DNA of 64,000 nucleotides from a candidate division WWE3 bacterium (lineage in GTDB: Bacteria; Patescibacteriota; WWE3; 2-01-FULL-39-13), in contig CALRDH010000003.1 of NCBI GenBank assembly GCA_943354835.1, positions 104,496 to 168,495 on the forward strand. The letters run 5' to 3'. The notes below the pieces were generated by a model. The model was given only the letters and a program-made list of their open reading frames with translations. It did no database searches and was not told where the DNA came from. Positions 1 through 9,326 of the stretch are shown here, one piece after another (position 1 is the stretch's first letter; the number at the start of each line of letters is the position of its first letter). The translations under genes were made by a program, and so were the position numbers.

Positions 1-1027
1 ACATTCTTGTCATTGCACCAAGGTTTATAAAAGCTTGAACACATATCCATGTAATTATTCCCGAAACTAGAAGTGAAGAAAATGGATCTGCGGCTTTTTG
101 TGCGATTTTAAGTCCTCTTAAAATCAATGCACAAAAAGCCGCAACAACAAGAACAGTTCCTATGAATCCGAATTCTTCACCAATAATCGCAAATATAGAA
201 TCTGTCATGACCTCTGGCAAATATGCATATTTTTGACGTGAATGTCCAAGTCCTAGACCAAAAAATCCTCCAGATCCTAAAGAAATCATAATCTGTCTTA
301 TATGATATCCAGCACCCATCTTATCCATACTTTCGGGATTAAATAGCGTTTGAATTCTATCCATACGATATTTTGCAGACATGGCATATAAAGTTCCAAA
401 AAGAGCAATTAAAGGTCCAGAAATAAGAAAATACATAAGACCTCCACCCGAAACGTAATACATAACGATTAAGATAATTACCAAAATAAAAGCAGTCGTA
501 AAATCCGGTTCTATGAATATTAAACCTGTAGCGATCAACATAACGATATTGAATTTAATAATTGCTCGCCACAGGCTATTTTCTTTATATCTTGCTGAAG
601 TTAAAAACGATGCAAAAAATATAATACTCGCGAGTTTTGCAAGCTCGCTTGGTTGAAAACTGATTCTTCCTATAAATGGAATTGCAGGAAGTGGTGATGG
701 ATTAAGCACAAACCATCTTTTTGCTCCGTATACAGAAGGTGCAAACCAAGTTGGAAGTAAAATAAAAGCAAGTAATAACAGCGAAAAAATAAAAAGATGC
801 GGTGCATATTTCTTTACTAACTTCAAGTCAATTCTGGATAAAAAAAACATGCCGGTAAAACCTATAAACATCCATCCAAATTGAAGAATCAAAAAATGAT
901 ATTTTCCACCAAATGTTTCAGATGCATAAACAACAGAGGCCTCATAAACCATGAGAAGTCCAAAAACCGCAATGGCTAAAATAATTCCAAGGAAAACTCT
1001 ATCAAATGGGCGGATTTTTAAAATCAT
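1..1027 (-). CDS. ftsW: FtsW/RodA SEDS-family peptidoglycan glycosyltransferase (3' part; C-terminus lies beyond the window start)
   Basis: Minus-strand translation from ATG at ~1025-1027 gives MILKIRPFDRVFLGIILAIAVFGLLMVYEAS..., then ...GAGYHIRQIMISLGSGGFFGLGLGHSRQKYAYLPEVMTDSIFAIIGEEFGFIG, the canonical SEDS signature. The start overlaps the upstream gene's stop (ATGA). The ORF runs off the window edge. Confidence 0.85.
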   Translation of the reverse strand, partial: MILKIRPFDRVFLGIILAIAVFGLLMVYEASVVYASETFGGKYHFLILQFGWMFIGFTGMFFLSRIDLKLVKKYAPHLFIFSLLLLAFILLPTWFAPSVYGAKRWFVLNPSPLPAIPFIGRISFQPSELAKLASIIFFASFLTSARYKENSLWRAIIKFNIVMLIATGLIFIEPDFTTAFILVIILIVMYYVSGGGLMYFLISGPLIALFGTLYAMSAKYRMDRIQTLFNPESMDKMGAGYHIRQIMISLGSGGFFGLGLGHSRQKYAYLPEVMTDSIFAIIGEEFGFIGTVLVVAAFCALILRGLKIAQKAADPFSSLLVSGIITWICVQAFINLGAMTRM

Positions 1028-2211
1028 TTTTTAGAAATATCTATGTTTAATGACTTTAAATTATCTACTAAATACGGCATGTAATCAGATATAACATCAA
1101 AACCAGATATTTTGCTATTTCCTGAATAACAACACGCAAAAGACAAAACTGCAGACCCAACAGAAAGATCATTCACATCATTTTTTACCGATGAAAATGC
1201 ACTTGGAGGCTTTATCGTTATTAAAGAAAATCCTTTTTTGCCTTCTTCTACTTCAATTCGACAACCCATTATATTTAAATCTGTAATCAACGGATCAAGA
1301 TTTGGATACGAAACTGTAATAATTTTAGTTGTCTTCTTTGTTGTTTTTGCTAATAACAAAACTAGATGAGCAATGCTATTAAATGATTGTGATGACCAAT
1401 CAATTATTGGCTTTTCGGGAGCACCAACGTACCAAATCTTAATTGAATCTTGAATAACTTCATATCTAAAGCCAATTGAATCAATTGATAAAAGAAAATT
1501 TAAAGACTCTGAAAGGTCAAAATTATGCAAAGAAACCTCACCATTTGAAAAGCTGGCTATACTAGCATAAAGATTAAATTCCACTTGACTATATGAAGCC
1601 TTATATTCGTCTAAAACACCTTCGGTATAGAAATTAAACCTTGCATCATTCTTATCGTAATCAATCGATAAATTCTTAAATAAATAAGATATAAAAAGTC
1701 TTGATGCAACTAAGTAAGGATCAGCATATATAAGATTAAAATTTTTCTTGATTTCGAAATCGGCATCAAGTGGAAGTTTTAGATTCAGGATATTGTAATT
1801 CGACTTGACCAAGACTCCTAATTCTCTAAAAAATTTAACTTCAGTCCTTAATTCTGGATGTACTTCACACTCTCTATTTCTTCGTAAAAGTATGGGAATC
1901 AATATTTGCGCAAAACCATACTCGTTACCTTCAAATAGACCGACAAGATTTTCTCTAAGTTCCCCCGTGCCATCAACCGTAATAACTGATTCATCTTCCC
2001 AATCTACTGAGATTCCAAGCTTTTCAATGCTTGATAGAAAATCTAAAAATAATTTACATCTAGGAACATTTCGTATCCTCGCTTTTTTGGCGTGAAATAA
2101 TGCAAGACATATATAAAAAATCGATGACAATGGATCGCCTGATAAATACACATTTCCATGTAATATCGAATGGCCTTTTATTTTTACAGAATCTGTTTTT
2201 ATTTCTGACAT
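1024..2211 (-). CDS. MurA-like enolpyruvyl transferase (EPSP-synthase fold), divergent
   Basis: 395 aa. The N-terminus KIKGHSILHGNVYLSGDPLSS...ARIRNVP aligns by eye to MurA ISGAKNAALPIL...IQNVP. A Cys sits in an RNRECEV loop where the MurA Cys115 loop lies, and a C-terminal ISGFDVISDY motif resembles the MurA C-terminus. The canonical Lys of GAKNAA is replaced (GDPLSS). It lies within the dcw operon between ftsI and ftsW. Confidence 0.55.
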   Translation of the reverse strand: MSEIKTDSVKIKGHSILHGNVYLSGDPLSSIFYICLALFHAKKARIRNVPRCKLFLDFLSSIEKLGISVDWEDESVITVDGTGELRENLVGLFEGNEYGFAQILIPILLRRNRECEVHPELRTEVKFFRELGVLVKSNYNILNLKLPLDADFEIKKNFNLIYADPYLVASRLFISYLFKNLSIDYDKNDARFNFYTEGVLDEYKASYSQVEFNLYASIASFSNGEVSLHNFDLSESLNFLLSIDSIGFRYEVIQDSIKIWYVGAPEKPIIDWSSQSFNSIAHLVLLLAKTTKKTTKIITVSYPNLDPLITDLNIMGCRIEVEEGKKGFSLITIKPPSAFSSVKNDVNDLSVGSAVLSFACCYSGNSKISGFDVISDYMPYLVDNLKSLNIDISKK

Positions 2212-2212
2212 T

Positions 2213-3910
2213 TTATTTTGGTTCTATATCGCTTGCTAAACTGTAATAACTCGCGAGCTTCTCTGCAATCCTCATCCAGAGTGGAACGGCTGTTTCCGAA
2301 GAATAACCGCTTGGGAATTTTGGCTCAACTAACCTTACAAGCATAACAAAATTTCTGTAAGTCGGGAAAAAGCCAACAAACGTTGCATTGGTTAAGTTTT
2401 CATCGTACCCGCCCTTAATTGCAATCTGCGCTGTACCTGTTTTTCCAGCTACTTTAAATTTTTTAGAAACAAAAAATTTGCTTTCGCCACCTGATACGGC
2501 TTGTGTAAGCATATCTACCATAGTTTCAGCAGAATTCTCGGAAATTGCCCGATTAAGTATAACTGGTTTTATATTAACTTCCTTATCGTCTTGTACAATT
2601 CTTTTTACAATGTATGGCCTCATTACGATTCCCTTATTTGCAATTGCTGAAAAGGCTACTGTGACCTGCAGGGGAGTTGCTGATACACCTTGTCCAAATG
2701 ATGCATTCACAAGCTCGATATCTTTTAGTGGAAATTGACTGTACAAAAGTCCCTTTTCTTCACCCATAAGATCAATTCCCGTATAGTTACCAAAAGAAAA
2801 ACTCGAAAAATATTCCATTAAAGGCTTGCCACCTACTTGCGTTCCAACCCAAGCCGCACCAAGATTATTTGAGTGTTGAAGGACAGAAATCATTGTTTCT
2901 ATACCATGATGCTTTCCATCCCAATTATCAACCTTGTATCCAGAAAACCACATAGGTCCGGCATCATTATATGTACTTTGCGGCTCAACTTTTGATAAAT
3001 CTATAGCAGATGCCATTGTGATTCCTTTAATTACAGATCCTGGTTCATACGTTGTTGAGATCGCACTATTTCGAACAGCAAATTCATCTTTATATGCTTC
3101 TTTGTAATCACTCGGATTGAAATCAGGATAATTCGCCATTGCAAGAACGCCTCCAGTTGAAGGATCAAGTATAACAACGCTTCCAGATTTTGCATTATAA
3201 CGTTCTACGCCATCTTTTAGCATTGCTTCGGAGACAAATTGAACATACCGATCTATGGTTAATTCAAGATCGCTACCATTTTTTGGTTCAATCTTATTAC
3301 TACCTGCCCATATTATTGGATCTCCACTTGCTGATCTTTCTTGAAGTAGCCAACCAGGTTGTCCACTTAAATCACCATCATAATATTGTTCTAACCCATA
3401 ATATCCAATGTCAGAACCACTATCATCTTTACCAACAAAACCTAGAACATGACTTAACATATTTTGTTCTGGATAATATCTTGTATAAAGTTCTTTAAAT
3501 GACAGTGCTTTTTTTAACTTTTCGGAATCAATAGTTTCAAGTGCTTTTTTATTTTCATAAGTTATAGGGTTTTTTAATGTTAGCCAAGTCCTTTCGTTTA
3601 ATTGCGCGTCTGAAATCGCTTTGCGATCTAGATTCTCGATATAAGGTGAGAGTGTTTTATATATATCAATTTCGGTTCCTATTTCTTTTAAATTTAAAAT
3701 TAATTCGTATCTTACTTGTGAAGATGCCACAGGATATCCATCGGTGGTATAAATATTTCCTCTTCTCGCATAAAGTTGATATTCTTGCCACTGCTGTTCA
3801 CGAGCAAGTGATTTATATCTTGAAGCATTTAGAACCTGAATTTGGAATAAACGTGAAATGGTTAATAAAGCAAAGATGATAATAAAATATCTAAAGAGAT
3901 TAAAGCGCAT
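2213..3910 (-). CDS. ftsI: Penicillin-binding protein 2/3 class transpeptidase (FtsI-type)
   Basis: 565 aa with an N-terminal TM helix. Transpeptidase motifs are visible: SVIK (SxxK), HSNN (SxN), KTGTA (KTG). Position follows rsmH/ftsL. Confidence 0.9.
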   Translation of the reverse strand: MRFNLFRYFIIIFALLTISRLFQIQVLNASRYKSLAREQQWQEYQLYARRGNIYTTDGYPVASSQVRYELILNLKEIGTEIDIYKTLSPYIENLDRKAISDAQLNERTWLTLKNPITYENKKALETIDSEKLKKALSFKELYTRYYPEQNMLSHVLGFVGKDDSGSDIGYYGLEQYYDGDLSGQPGWLLQERSASGDPIIWAGSNKIEPKNGSDLELTIDRYVQFVSEAMLKDGVERYNAKSGSVVILDPSTGGVLAMANYPDFNPSDYKEAYKDEFAVRNSAISTTYEPGSVIKGITMASAIDLSKVEPQSTYNDAGPMWFSGYKVDNWDGKHHGIETMISVLQHSNNLGAAWVGTQVGGKPLMEYFSSFSFGNYTGIDLMGEEKGLLYSQFPLKDIELVNASFGQGVSATPLQVTVAFSAIANKGIVMRPYIVKRIVQDDKEVNIKPVILNRAISENSAETMVDMLTQAVSGGESKFFVSKKFKVAGKTGTAQIAIKGGYDENLTNATFVGFFPTYRNFVMLVRLVEPKFPSGYSSETAVPLWMRIAEKLASYYSLASDIEPK

Positions 3911-3917
3911 GATACCT

Positions 3918-4217
3918 TTATCTTAATGCTAAATCTGGAGAAGTATAGAATTCAGATTGTGAATCTGTAAAACCATTTTCTTGTGCTAGTTTTGTTAAAT
4001 TTGACATTGATGCAGCCTGCGAATATTTATTTTGAAGATTTTCACTTTCTAAAGTTAATTCTTTAATTTGAGATTCAACAATTGCTAAATCATTCCCAGC
4101 AACAGAAGCCTTATCAGACATATACAAATTAACAAATAACGAACAGACAATTGATATTATTACTAATATATTTATTTTTTTGCAGACGTTATTTATATTC
4201 ATATTATTTTCTTTCAA
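3918..4217 (-). CDS. Small bitopic membrane protein, FtsL-like division protein
   Basis: 99 aa, with one N-terminal TM (ILVIISIVCSLFVNLYM) followed by a coiled-coil-like region. It occupies the canonical ftsL slot between rsmH and ftsI. Confidence 0.5.
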   Translation of the reverse strand: MKENNMNINNVCKKINILVIISIVCSLFVNLYMSDKASVAGNDLAIVESQIKELTLESENLQNKYSQAASMSNLTKLAQENGFTDSQSEFYTSPDLALR

Positions 4218-5076
4218 AAACTCTCATTTTTGCGCTTCTTGAAGATGGATTCATTTCAACTTCAAGATTTGTCGGAACTAAAGTCTCTACAATTTGAATC
4301 AAATCAGGGTGCGACCCCGCTATCTCTTTTACGATGTCTTCTTCAAGCGAGTGAAAGCTTATTACTACAAGCCTCCCCTTACTACAAAGAAGCGGGGTCG
4401 CCCTTTCAATTGACAGCCTAAGGTTTTCGAGTTCGCTATTTACCGCAATCCTTAAGGCTTGAAACACTCTCGTTGCAGGATGTATCCTGCTGTGCGAATA
4501 TCTTGATGATTTTTTTATTAGGTCTGCAAGCTCGCTTGCAAGAAGCTTCTTTCCAGAAGCTTTAACAGCGTCTTTCATTACCTTTGCATATTTTCTTGCT
4601 TGAGGTTCTTCGCCAAAAGCCAAAATCAATTTCTCGATTTCTTTTTCTGAAAGAACAACCAAAAGGTCATATGCGCAAACAGAAAGTGAATTATCCATTC
4701 TCATGTCTAATTCAGTTCTGTCATCAAAGCTAAATCCTTTTTTCTCTTCTTTTAACTGAAATGTACTTGTGCCAAGGTCATATAAAATACCTGACACGCT
4801 TCCTTCTTCCAAATCATTTTCTTTCGCAACTTCGGCAATATCTTTGAAGTTACGATTTGCGATTTTTAATAAACCGCCTTCTATTTCTTTGCTAAATCTT
4901 TCCTTACAATGTTTTATTGCATTTTCGTCAACATCAAATGCCAAAACATTGCCACCTTGTTTTAATATTTCCGCGGTATGTCCTCCACCGCCGAGGTTAC
5001 AATCTATATAATTTTTGCCTTCTTCAATATTTAAGGCCTCTATTGCTTCTTTCAACATTACTGGCGTGTGATACAT
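4204..5076 (-). CDS. rsmH: 16S rRNA (cytosine1402-N4)-methyltransferase RsmH (MraW)
   Basis: Begins MYHTPVMLKEAIEAL...DCNLGGGGHTAEIL...AFDVDENAI, the textbook RsmH N-terminus and SAM-binding motif. Confidence 0.92.
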   Translation of the reverse strand: MYHTPVMLKEAIEALNIEEGKNYIDCNLGGGGHTAEILKQGGNVLAFDVDENAIKHCKERFSKEIEGGLLKIANRNFKDIAEVAKENDLEEGSVSGILYDLGTSTFQLKEEKKGFSFDDRTELDMRMDNSLSVCAYDLLVVLSEKEIEKLILAFGEEPQARKYAKVMKDAVKASGKKLLASELADLIKKSSRYSHSRIHPATRVFQALRIAVNSELENLRLSIERATPLLCSKGRLVVISFHSLEEDIVKEIAGSHPDLIQIVETLVPTNLEVEMNPSSRSAKMRVFERK

Positions 5077-5489
5077 AGTTTTTCTCCAATTACGGAACTT
5101 GTTTTTTCAACATCAGTTTTTTTCTTACTCCATTTTTCTTGTCCCCATAGCTCGACCCATCGTCCAAGTCCTAAAAAAACGCCTTCAGAATCTAGTTCTG
5201 AATATTCTTTTAAATACGTTGGAACAACAAATCTTCCTTGAGAATCAAGCTCAATTTCTGATGCCGAAGCTAACAAAAAACGACTCGTGTCTCGAATAAG
5301 ACCTGAGACGAAAGGGCCTGATACGGAATCAGAAACCATTTCCTCCCATTGGGCAGGTGACATAATTACAAGACATCCTTCGTAGCCTTTTGTCATAATC
5401 AGTTTATTTCCAAGTTCTTCACGGAATTTTTTTGGAAAAGCTATTCTATTTTTATCTCCTAGTTTTTGTTGATATTCGCCTATAATCAT
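5058..5489 (-). CDS. mraZ: Transcriptional regulator MraZ
   Basis: MIIGEYQQKLGDKNRIAFPKKFREELG... shows the duplicated MraZ domain. The track ORF starts at a GTG (MEPSVHSH) inside the operator repeats, so I place the start at the ATG at ~5487-5489. Confidence 0.88.
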   Translation of the reverse strand: MIIGEYQQKLGDKNRIAFPKKFREELGNKLIMTKGYEGCLVIMSPAQWEEMVSDSVSGPFVSGLIRDTSRFLLASASEIELDSQGRFVVPTYLKEYSELDSEGVFLGLGRWVELWGQEKWSKKKTDVEKTSSVIGEKLCITRQ

Positions 5490-5506
5490 ATGTGAATGTA
5501 CTGATG

Positions 5507-5533
5507 GCTCCACCTATCACCACTAATCACCAC
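5507..5533 (-). promoter_or_regulatory. MraZ-operator-like array: three direct repeats (GTGGTGA, GTGGTGA, GTGGAGC on the minus strand) at exact 10-bp phasing
   Basis: Plus strand has tCACCAC at 5517-5523 and 5527-5533 and CtCCAC at 5508-5513. On the coding (minus) strand this reads GGTGGTGATT AGTGGTGATA GGTGGAGCC, immediately 5' of the mraZ ATG. Confidence 0.5.
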
Positions 5534-5540
5534 CATAATC

Positions 5541-5571
5541 TATATAGTACATTTGACATAGGGATTTGCAA
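5541..5571 (-). promoter_or_regulatory. Candidate sigma70-type promoter for the mraZ operon
   Basis: Minus-strand TTGCAA (plus 5566-5571) and TATATA (plus 5541-5546) with a ~19-nt spacer, directly upstream of the GTGG repeat array. Confidence 0.3.
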
Positions 5572-5663
5572 CGCGAATTACACCCGAAAAGGCTATGATA
5601 TATGGAAATTTAAAAATGGATTACCGAATGTTGCCTAATATTGCCAGATACTGCCGAATCTAA

Positions 5664-8600
5664 TTACTCCGTCGTGAAAGTATAGTATGCGTCGTAGGTG
5701 TAATTTTTGCCTTGACTCATAACTTCAAAGAAATATTCTTTTTGGGGTTCTAGATTTGTCAGCTTTGCCTCGTGGTATTTAGCTTTTGCTATTGAAAACA
5801 CTTCGTTTCCGTATTGTGTTGACTCTCCGTAGTTAACTTTGTTGTTGTATGTGTAATGATTTGTTTGCCAACTTACTATTGCGTAATCATCTCCAATCTC
5901 TTTGACCTTTACCTTTGTTATCTGTGTTGGGTTTTTGTCAAACACAAACGCGAAAAGGTTCACAACACTTACTTTTGCATCATATAAAAATCCTGGATTA
6001 TCACCAACGTATACGTATACTTTTTCTTTGTCATCTTTTTTAAATGGTTGGGCTAAAAAGTTTCCTGCGTTTTTAATACCGCCAATTGACCACCAGTAGA
6101 TATTGGCAAACATTTTCCCTGACCGACTAAGTAGCCCTTCTTTTTTAGGTTCTTGTTTTTCTACTTGTGAGGTTACTTCTTCTACTGTTGGAGTAATTTC
6201 TTGGACTTCATCTTGAATTTCAGTTGTTTTCTCTGTTTCAACGATAACCTCATCTTGTTTAATCTCGGGAGTAATCACTTGTGTAGGTATTTCATTTACT
6301 ACTACATCTAACTTTTGTGCTAGTAGCTTTATATCTATTTCAAATTGATATTTATCTCCTGTATTTTCTAGATTATCTATGGCTTCTAATGAAACGATGT
6401 ATGTTTTTCCTGTTTTTAAATTTTTTAATGTGGTTGAGATTTCTCCATTGTCTGTGGTTTTCGTGCCTGTTTCTATTACCTTGTCAGCAAAAAATCCTTT
6501 TTCTATAACTTCTATTTCTATCTTGTCTACGCCGCTTTCAGAATCGTCTTTATTTGGGTCATCTGCAATTATTTTTAGTGTTGGTGTCAAATTATTAAGT
6601 GAGTAGGCTGAGTCGTTTGATATTTCTTTTCCATCTATTGATACCTTCGCTATTTCTGGTCCTGTTTGATCTATATAAAATGTTCTTTCATCACTTTGCT
6701 CTTCGTTATTTACATCATCTACTGCTATTACATACCATGTGTGTTTCCCTTCGTCTGCGTCGTATTCATACTGCGTATCTGTTGTTGTTTTTATTAAATT
6801 ATCATCCAAATAGAGCTTATATTCTTTGACTCCGCTTGTTGCATCTGTTGATGCTTTCCACTTGAAATTTATATTGTCATCATTGAAATATTTTTTATCA
6901 TCAGGACTATTTAGCTCTGCCTGGGTTGGAACAGTTGTGTCTACAGAAAATGCGTCAGAGGAATTGCTAGAAATATTGCTTGCATTGTCTGTGGCACGAA
7001 CATAAATAGTATGTGATCCATCAGACAATGCGGTGGTGACAGCACAGGTAAAGGCTTCGGAGGCAGAATTAAAACTTCCATCATTAGCAGTACAACTTGA
7101 CCAACTTCCACTTGTACTATCCATTTGAAACTGCACGGTGGCAACGGTACCAGTGACATCGGTTGCTGTGCCTGTTAAGGTTGGTGTTGTGTCTGTTCCT
7201 GGGTCGGGTGAAATCGCAGTGAGGGAAATAGTAGAGGAAACGGTATCAATAGTAAATGTATCTGACGTCTCGCTTCCACTTCCTGTTGTGTTACTGAGTG
7301 AATCTGTAGCGCGGACATACATGGTGTGCGATCCGTCTGAGAGTGCAGATGTAACAGTACAGGTAAAAGCTTCAGAATTACTATTGAATGTTCCATCGTT
7401 TGCAGTACATGCAGTCCAACTCCCTCCTGTTCCATCCATCTGAAATTGAACTGCAGAAACAGTGCTTCTAGCATCTATTGCTGTTCCACTGAGTGTTGGA
7501 GTGCTGTCACTGTTTGGATCGGGAGTTAATGCAGTTAAAGAAATTACGGGCGCAGTTGTATCAAATGCTGTGTAATTTATGGCGACATCTGAAAATATTG
7601 GTGTTGCCGAGGTATCACTTGTTGCAAGGGTGACCTCGTATTGTATATACCTATGACCATCTGTTATACAACTATTTGCGCTTATGTCAGCTCCACTTGT
7701 AATAGTTGTACAAGAAGCAAACGCAGTTGCACCACTCATCCCGCTGTCATTGCTAGTTCTTGCTTTAACCGTGGCTGTCGTATTTGTTGGTGTAGTTGCC
7801 GAATAACTTAAACTCCCCCACTCCGAAAGCTGAGCTGTATCAAAGATGTTTGAGGTAAATGTACCTGAAGAAGAATACCCTATAACCCCTGTGCCGTAAG
7901 TTGGCGAAGTCGTGCCAGAAATGGCGTTTGGTGAATATATTGCGATACGACCAACACCACCAGCACCTCCGTGACCATAACCAGCAGGAGCTGTTGCCCC
8001 AGTCGCACCGGAGGCTGTAATTAAAGAAGAACCTAAAGTTGCGGTGTTAGTTGATACGAATATTGAACCTCCAGCTCCTCCACCACCAGCACTTTGACCA
8101 CATGAACCTGCCCCGCCAGTTGTTCCACTTGCATTTATAGTTCCAGTAACAGAGATTGTTGATGATCTAATGAATACTACTCCCCCTCCATTACCACCAA
8201 AAGCGGATGGACAGCCACCACTACCGGCACCACTACCATAATATAATTGTGTAAGCGCTGCTAAACCATAAGTCCCACCGCCACCGCCACTACCTCCATA
8301 AAAGATACTAGGATTACTGGCATCTCCTCCAGCTCCACCACTTATTCCCGATCCGATTGCCCCAGCCGTTCCACCTGCACCACCATAGCGTACTCCACCT
8401 GAACCTACATCGCCATAACCACCGCCACCACCGCCAGCATAGCTTAGTTCTCCAGGTCCACCACCTCCACCACCGACAGTACCTGCTGCCCCAGTTCCTC
8501 CAGATGCACCACCACCACCACCTCCACCCTGACCAGTAGCCCCATTTGTACTACTAGCTCCTCCTACTCCACCGGCTCCGTTATAAGTCATTCCACCTGC

Positions 8601-9326
8601 TCTGCTTGTTGCTCCTCCCTCATACCCTTTTCCACTTGCCGAAATTGTTCCGCCAGAGTCAACTGTCACCGTGCCATTTGCCTTAAAGAAGAGCACTCCA
8701 CCTTTACCAGTTGTATTGTTGTAAGCCGCGACGGTGAGAGTACCGCCACTACTTACTGTGGCATTGGTATATTGAGGTACTCGTTGCACCATGATTTTTT
8801 GGGTGGTGCCATCGTAGGTATTGGCAAGAGCGTTATCAAGAGTGAGGGTATTGGTGGCTATGCTTGTTATGTATCTGGTTTCATATTTACCGACATTGGA
8901 ATAGTCGCTTGATGTCCCTCGCAGATTGATTATCAATATCTCATCTCCCACCACCAGTCCATTTGGTGTTGCACCTACATTAATAGTCATCGCTCCAGCG
9001 GCGAGGGAAGAAGATATATTAAAATTCACTGCATCGGCGTAGGTTCTTCCTGTGGCAACCGTATCGGTATCAATGGTTTTGGTTGAGGAAACAGTAATTG
9101 CGCCGTCTGCTCCCGTACCAACATTTAACCCCAAAGTCACCTGACCTGCTGTAGTAGTCGCATCGATATTTGATCCGCTTGAGTATTGATTTGTGGTCGA
9201 TGCTCCAACGCCAGAGCTCCAGTTTGTTTGGTTCCAAGAGGTAGCGGCGTAAACAGGAGAAACAAAGAACAAAAGATTTTGTAGAAGTAAAGAAACAATT
9301 AAAAGAAGACTTAATATTTTTTTCAT
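5664..9326 (-). CDS. Large secreted/surface protein: signal peptide, Gly-rich beta-helix-like region, two tandem Ig-like repeats, FN3-like domains
   Basis: 1220 aa. Signal peptide MKKILSLLLIVSLLLQNLLFFVSPVYA. A ~230-aa run of GGxGG/GxGxxG repeats. Two ~95-aa tandem repeats (…ISLTA(L/I)(T/S)PDP…VQFQMD…SCTANDG(T/S)FNS…SEAFTC…ALSDGSHT(M/I)YVRATD). The C-terminal …YFFEVMSQGKNYTYDAYYTFTT is FN3-like. Confidence 0.8.
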   Translation of the reverse strand: MKKILSLLLIVSLLLQNLLFFVSPVYAATSWNQTNWSSGVGASTTNQYSSGSNIDATTTAGQVTLGLNVGTGADGAITVSSTKTIDTDTVATGRTYADAVNFNISSSLAAGAMTINVGATPNGLVVGDEILIINLRGTSSDYSNVGKYETRYITSIATNTLTLDNALANTYDGTTQKIMVQRVPQYTNATVSSGGTLTVAAYNNTTGKGGVLFFKANGTVTVDSGGTISASGKGYEGGATSRAGGMTYNGAGGVGGASSTNGATGQGGGGGGGASGGTGAAGTVGGGGGGPGELSYAGGGGGGYGDVGSGGVRYGGAGGTAGAIGSGISGGAGGDASNPSIFYGGSGGGGGTYGLAALTQLYYGSGAGSGGCPSAFGGNGGGVVFIRSSTISVTGTINASGTTGGAGSCGQSAGGGGAGGSIFVSTNTATLGSSLITASGATGATAPAGYGHGGAGGVGRIAIYSPNAISGTTSPTYGTGVIGYSSSGTFTSNIFDTAQLSEWGSLSYSATTPTNTTATVKARTSNDSGMSGATAFASCTTITSGADISANSCITDGHRYIQYEVTLATSDTSATPIFSDVAINYTAFDTTAPVISLTALTPDPNSDSTPTLSGTAIDARSTVSAVQFQMDGTGGSWTACTANDGTFNSNSEAFTCTVTSALSDGSHTMYVRATDSLSNTTGSGSETSDTFTIDTVSSTISLTAISPDPGTDTTPTLTGTATDVTGTVATVQFQMDSTSGSWSSCTANDGSFNSASEAFTCAVTTALSDGSHTIYVRATDNASNISSNSSDAFSVDTTVPTQAELNSPDDKKYFNDDNINFKWKASTDATSGVKEYKLYLDDNLIKTTTDTQYEYDADEGKHTWYVIAVDDVNNEEQSDERTFYIDQTGPEIAKVSIDGKEISNDSAYSLNNLTPTLKIIADDPNKDDSESGVDKIEIEVIEKGFFADKVIETGTKTTDNGEISTTLKNLKTGKTYIVSLEAIDNLENTGDKYQFEIDIKLLAQKLDVVVNEIPTQVITPEIKQDEVIVETEKTTEIQDEVQEITPTVEEVTSQVEKQEPKKEGLLSRSGKMFANIYWWSIGGIKNAGNFLAQPFKKDDKEKVYVYVGDNPGFLYDAKVSVVNLFAFVFDKNPTQITKVKVKEIGDDYAIVSWQTNHYTYNNKVNYGESTQYGNEVFSIAKAKYHEAKLTNLEPQKEYFFEVMSQGKNYTYDAYYTFTTE
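6990..7560. repeat. Intragenic tandem direct repeat (~2 x ~290 bp, roughly 75% identical) encoding the two Ig-like repeats
   Basis: The segment from ~7001 (catagtatgtgatccatcagacaatgcggtggtgacagcacaggtaaaggcttc...) parallels the segment from ~7321 (catggtgtgcgatccgtctgagagtgcagatgtaacagtacaggtaaaagcttc...) along their whole length. Confidence 0.7.

Noticed and set aside
1805-5299. Several 60-116-aa plus-strand ORFs inside the dcw operon (1805..2095, 2388..2738, 3190..3498, 3577..3879, 4230..4421, 4769..5011, 5099..5299)
   Set aside because: They lie entirely within well-supported minus-strand genes (MurA-like, ftsI, rsmH, mraZ). Their low-complexity translations are typical of shadow ORFs in AT-rich DNA.
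5590-5663. Putative rho-independent terminator downstream of the surface-protein gene
   Set aside because: The region contains direct CCGAAT/TGCC repeats but no convincing GC stem followed by a U-run on the minus strand.
8357-8539. Plus-strand His-rich ORF (MPQPFHLHHHSVLHLNLHRHNHRHH...)
   Set aside because: It is the antisense shadow of the Gly-codon-rich (GGT/GGC repeats) region of the large minus-strand surface-protein gene. It has no independent support.
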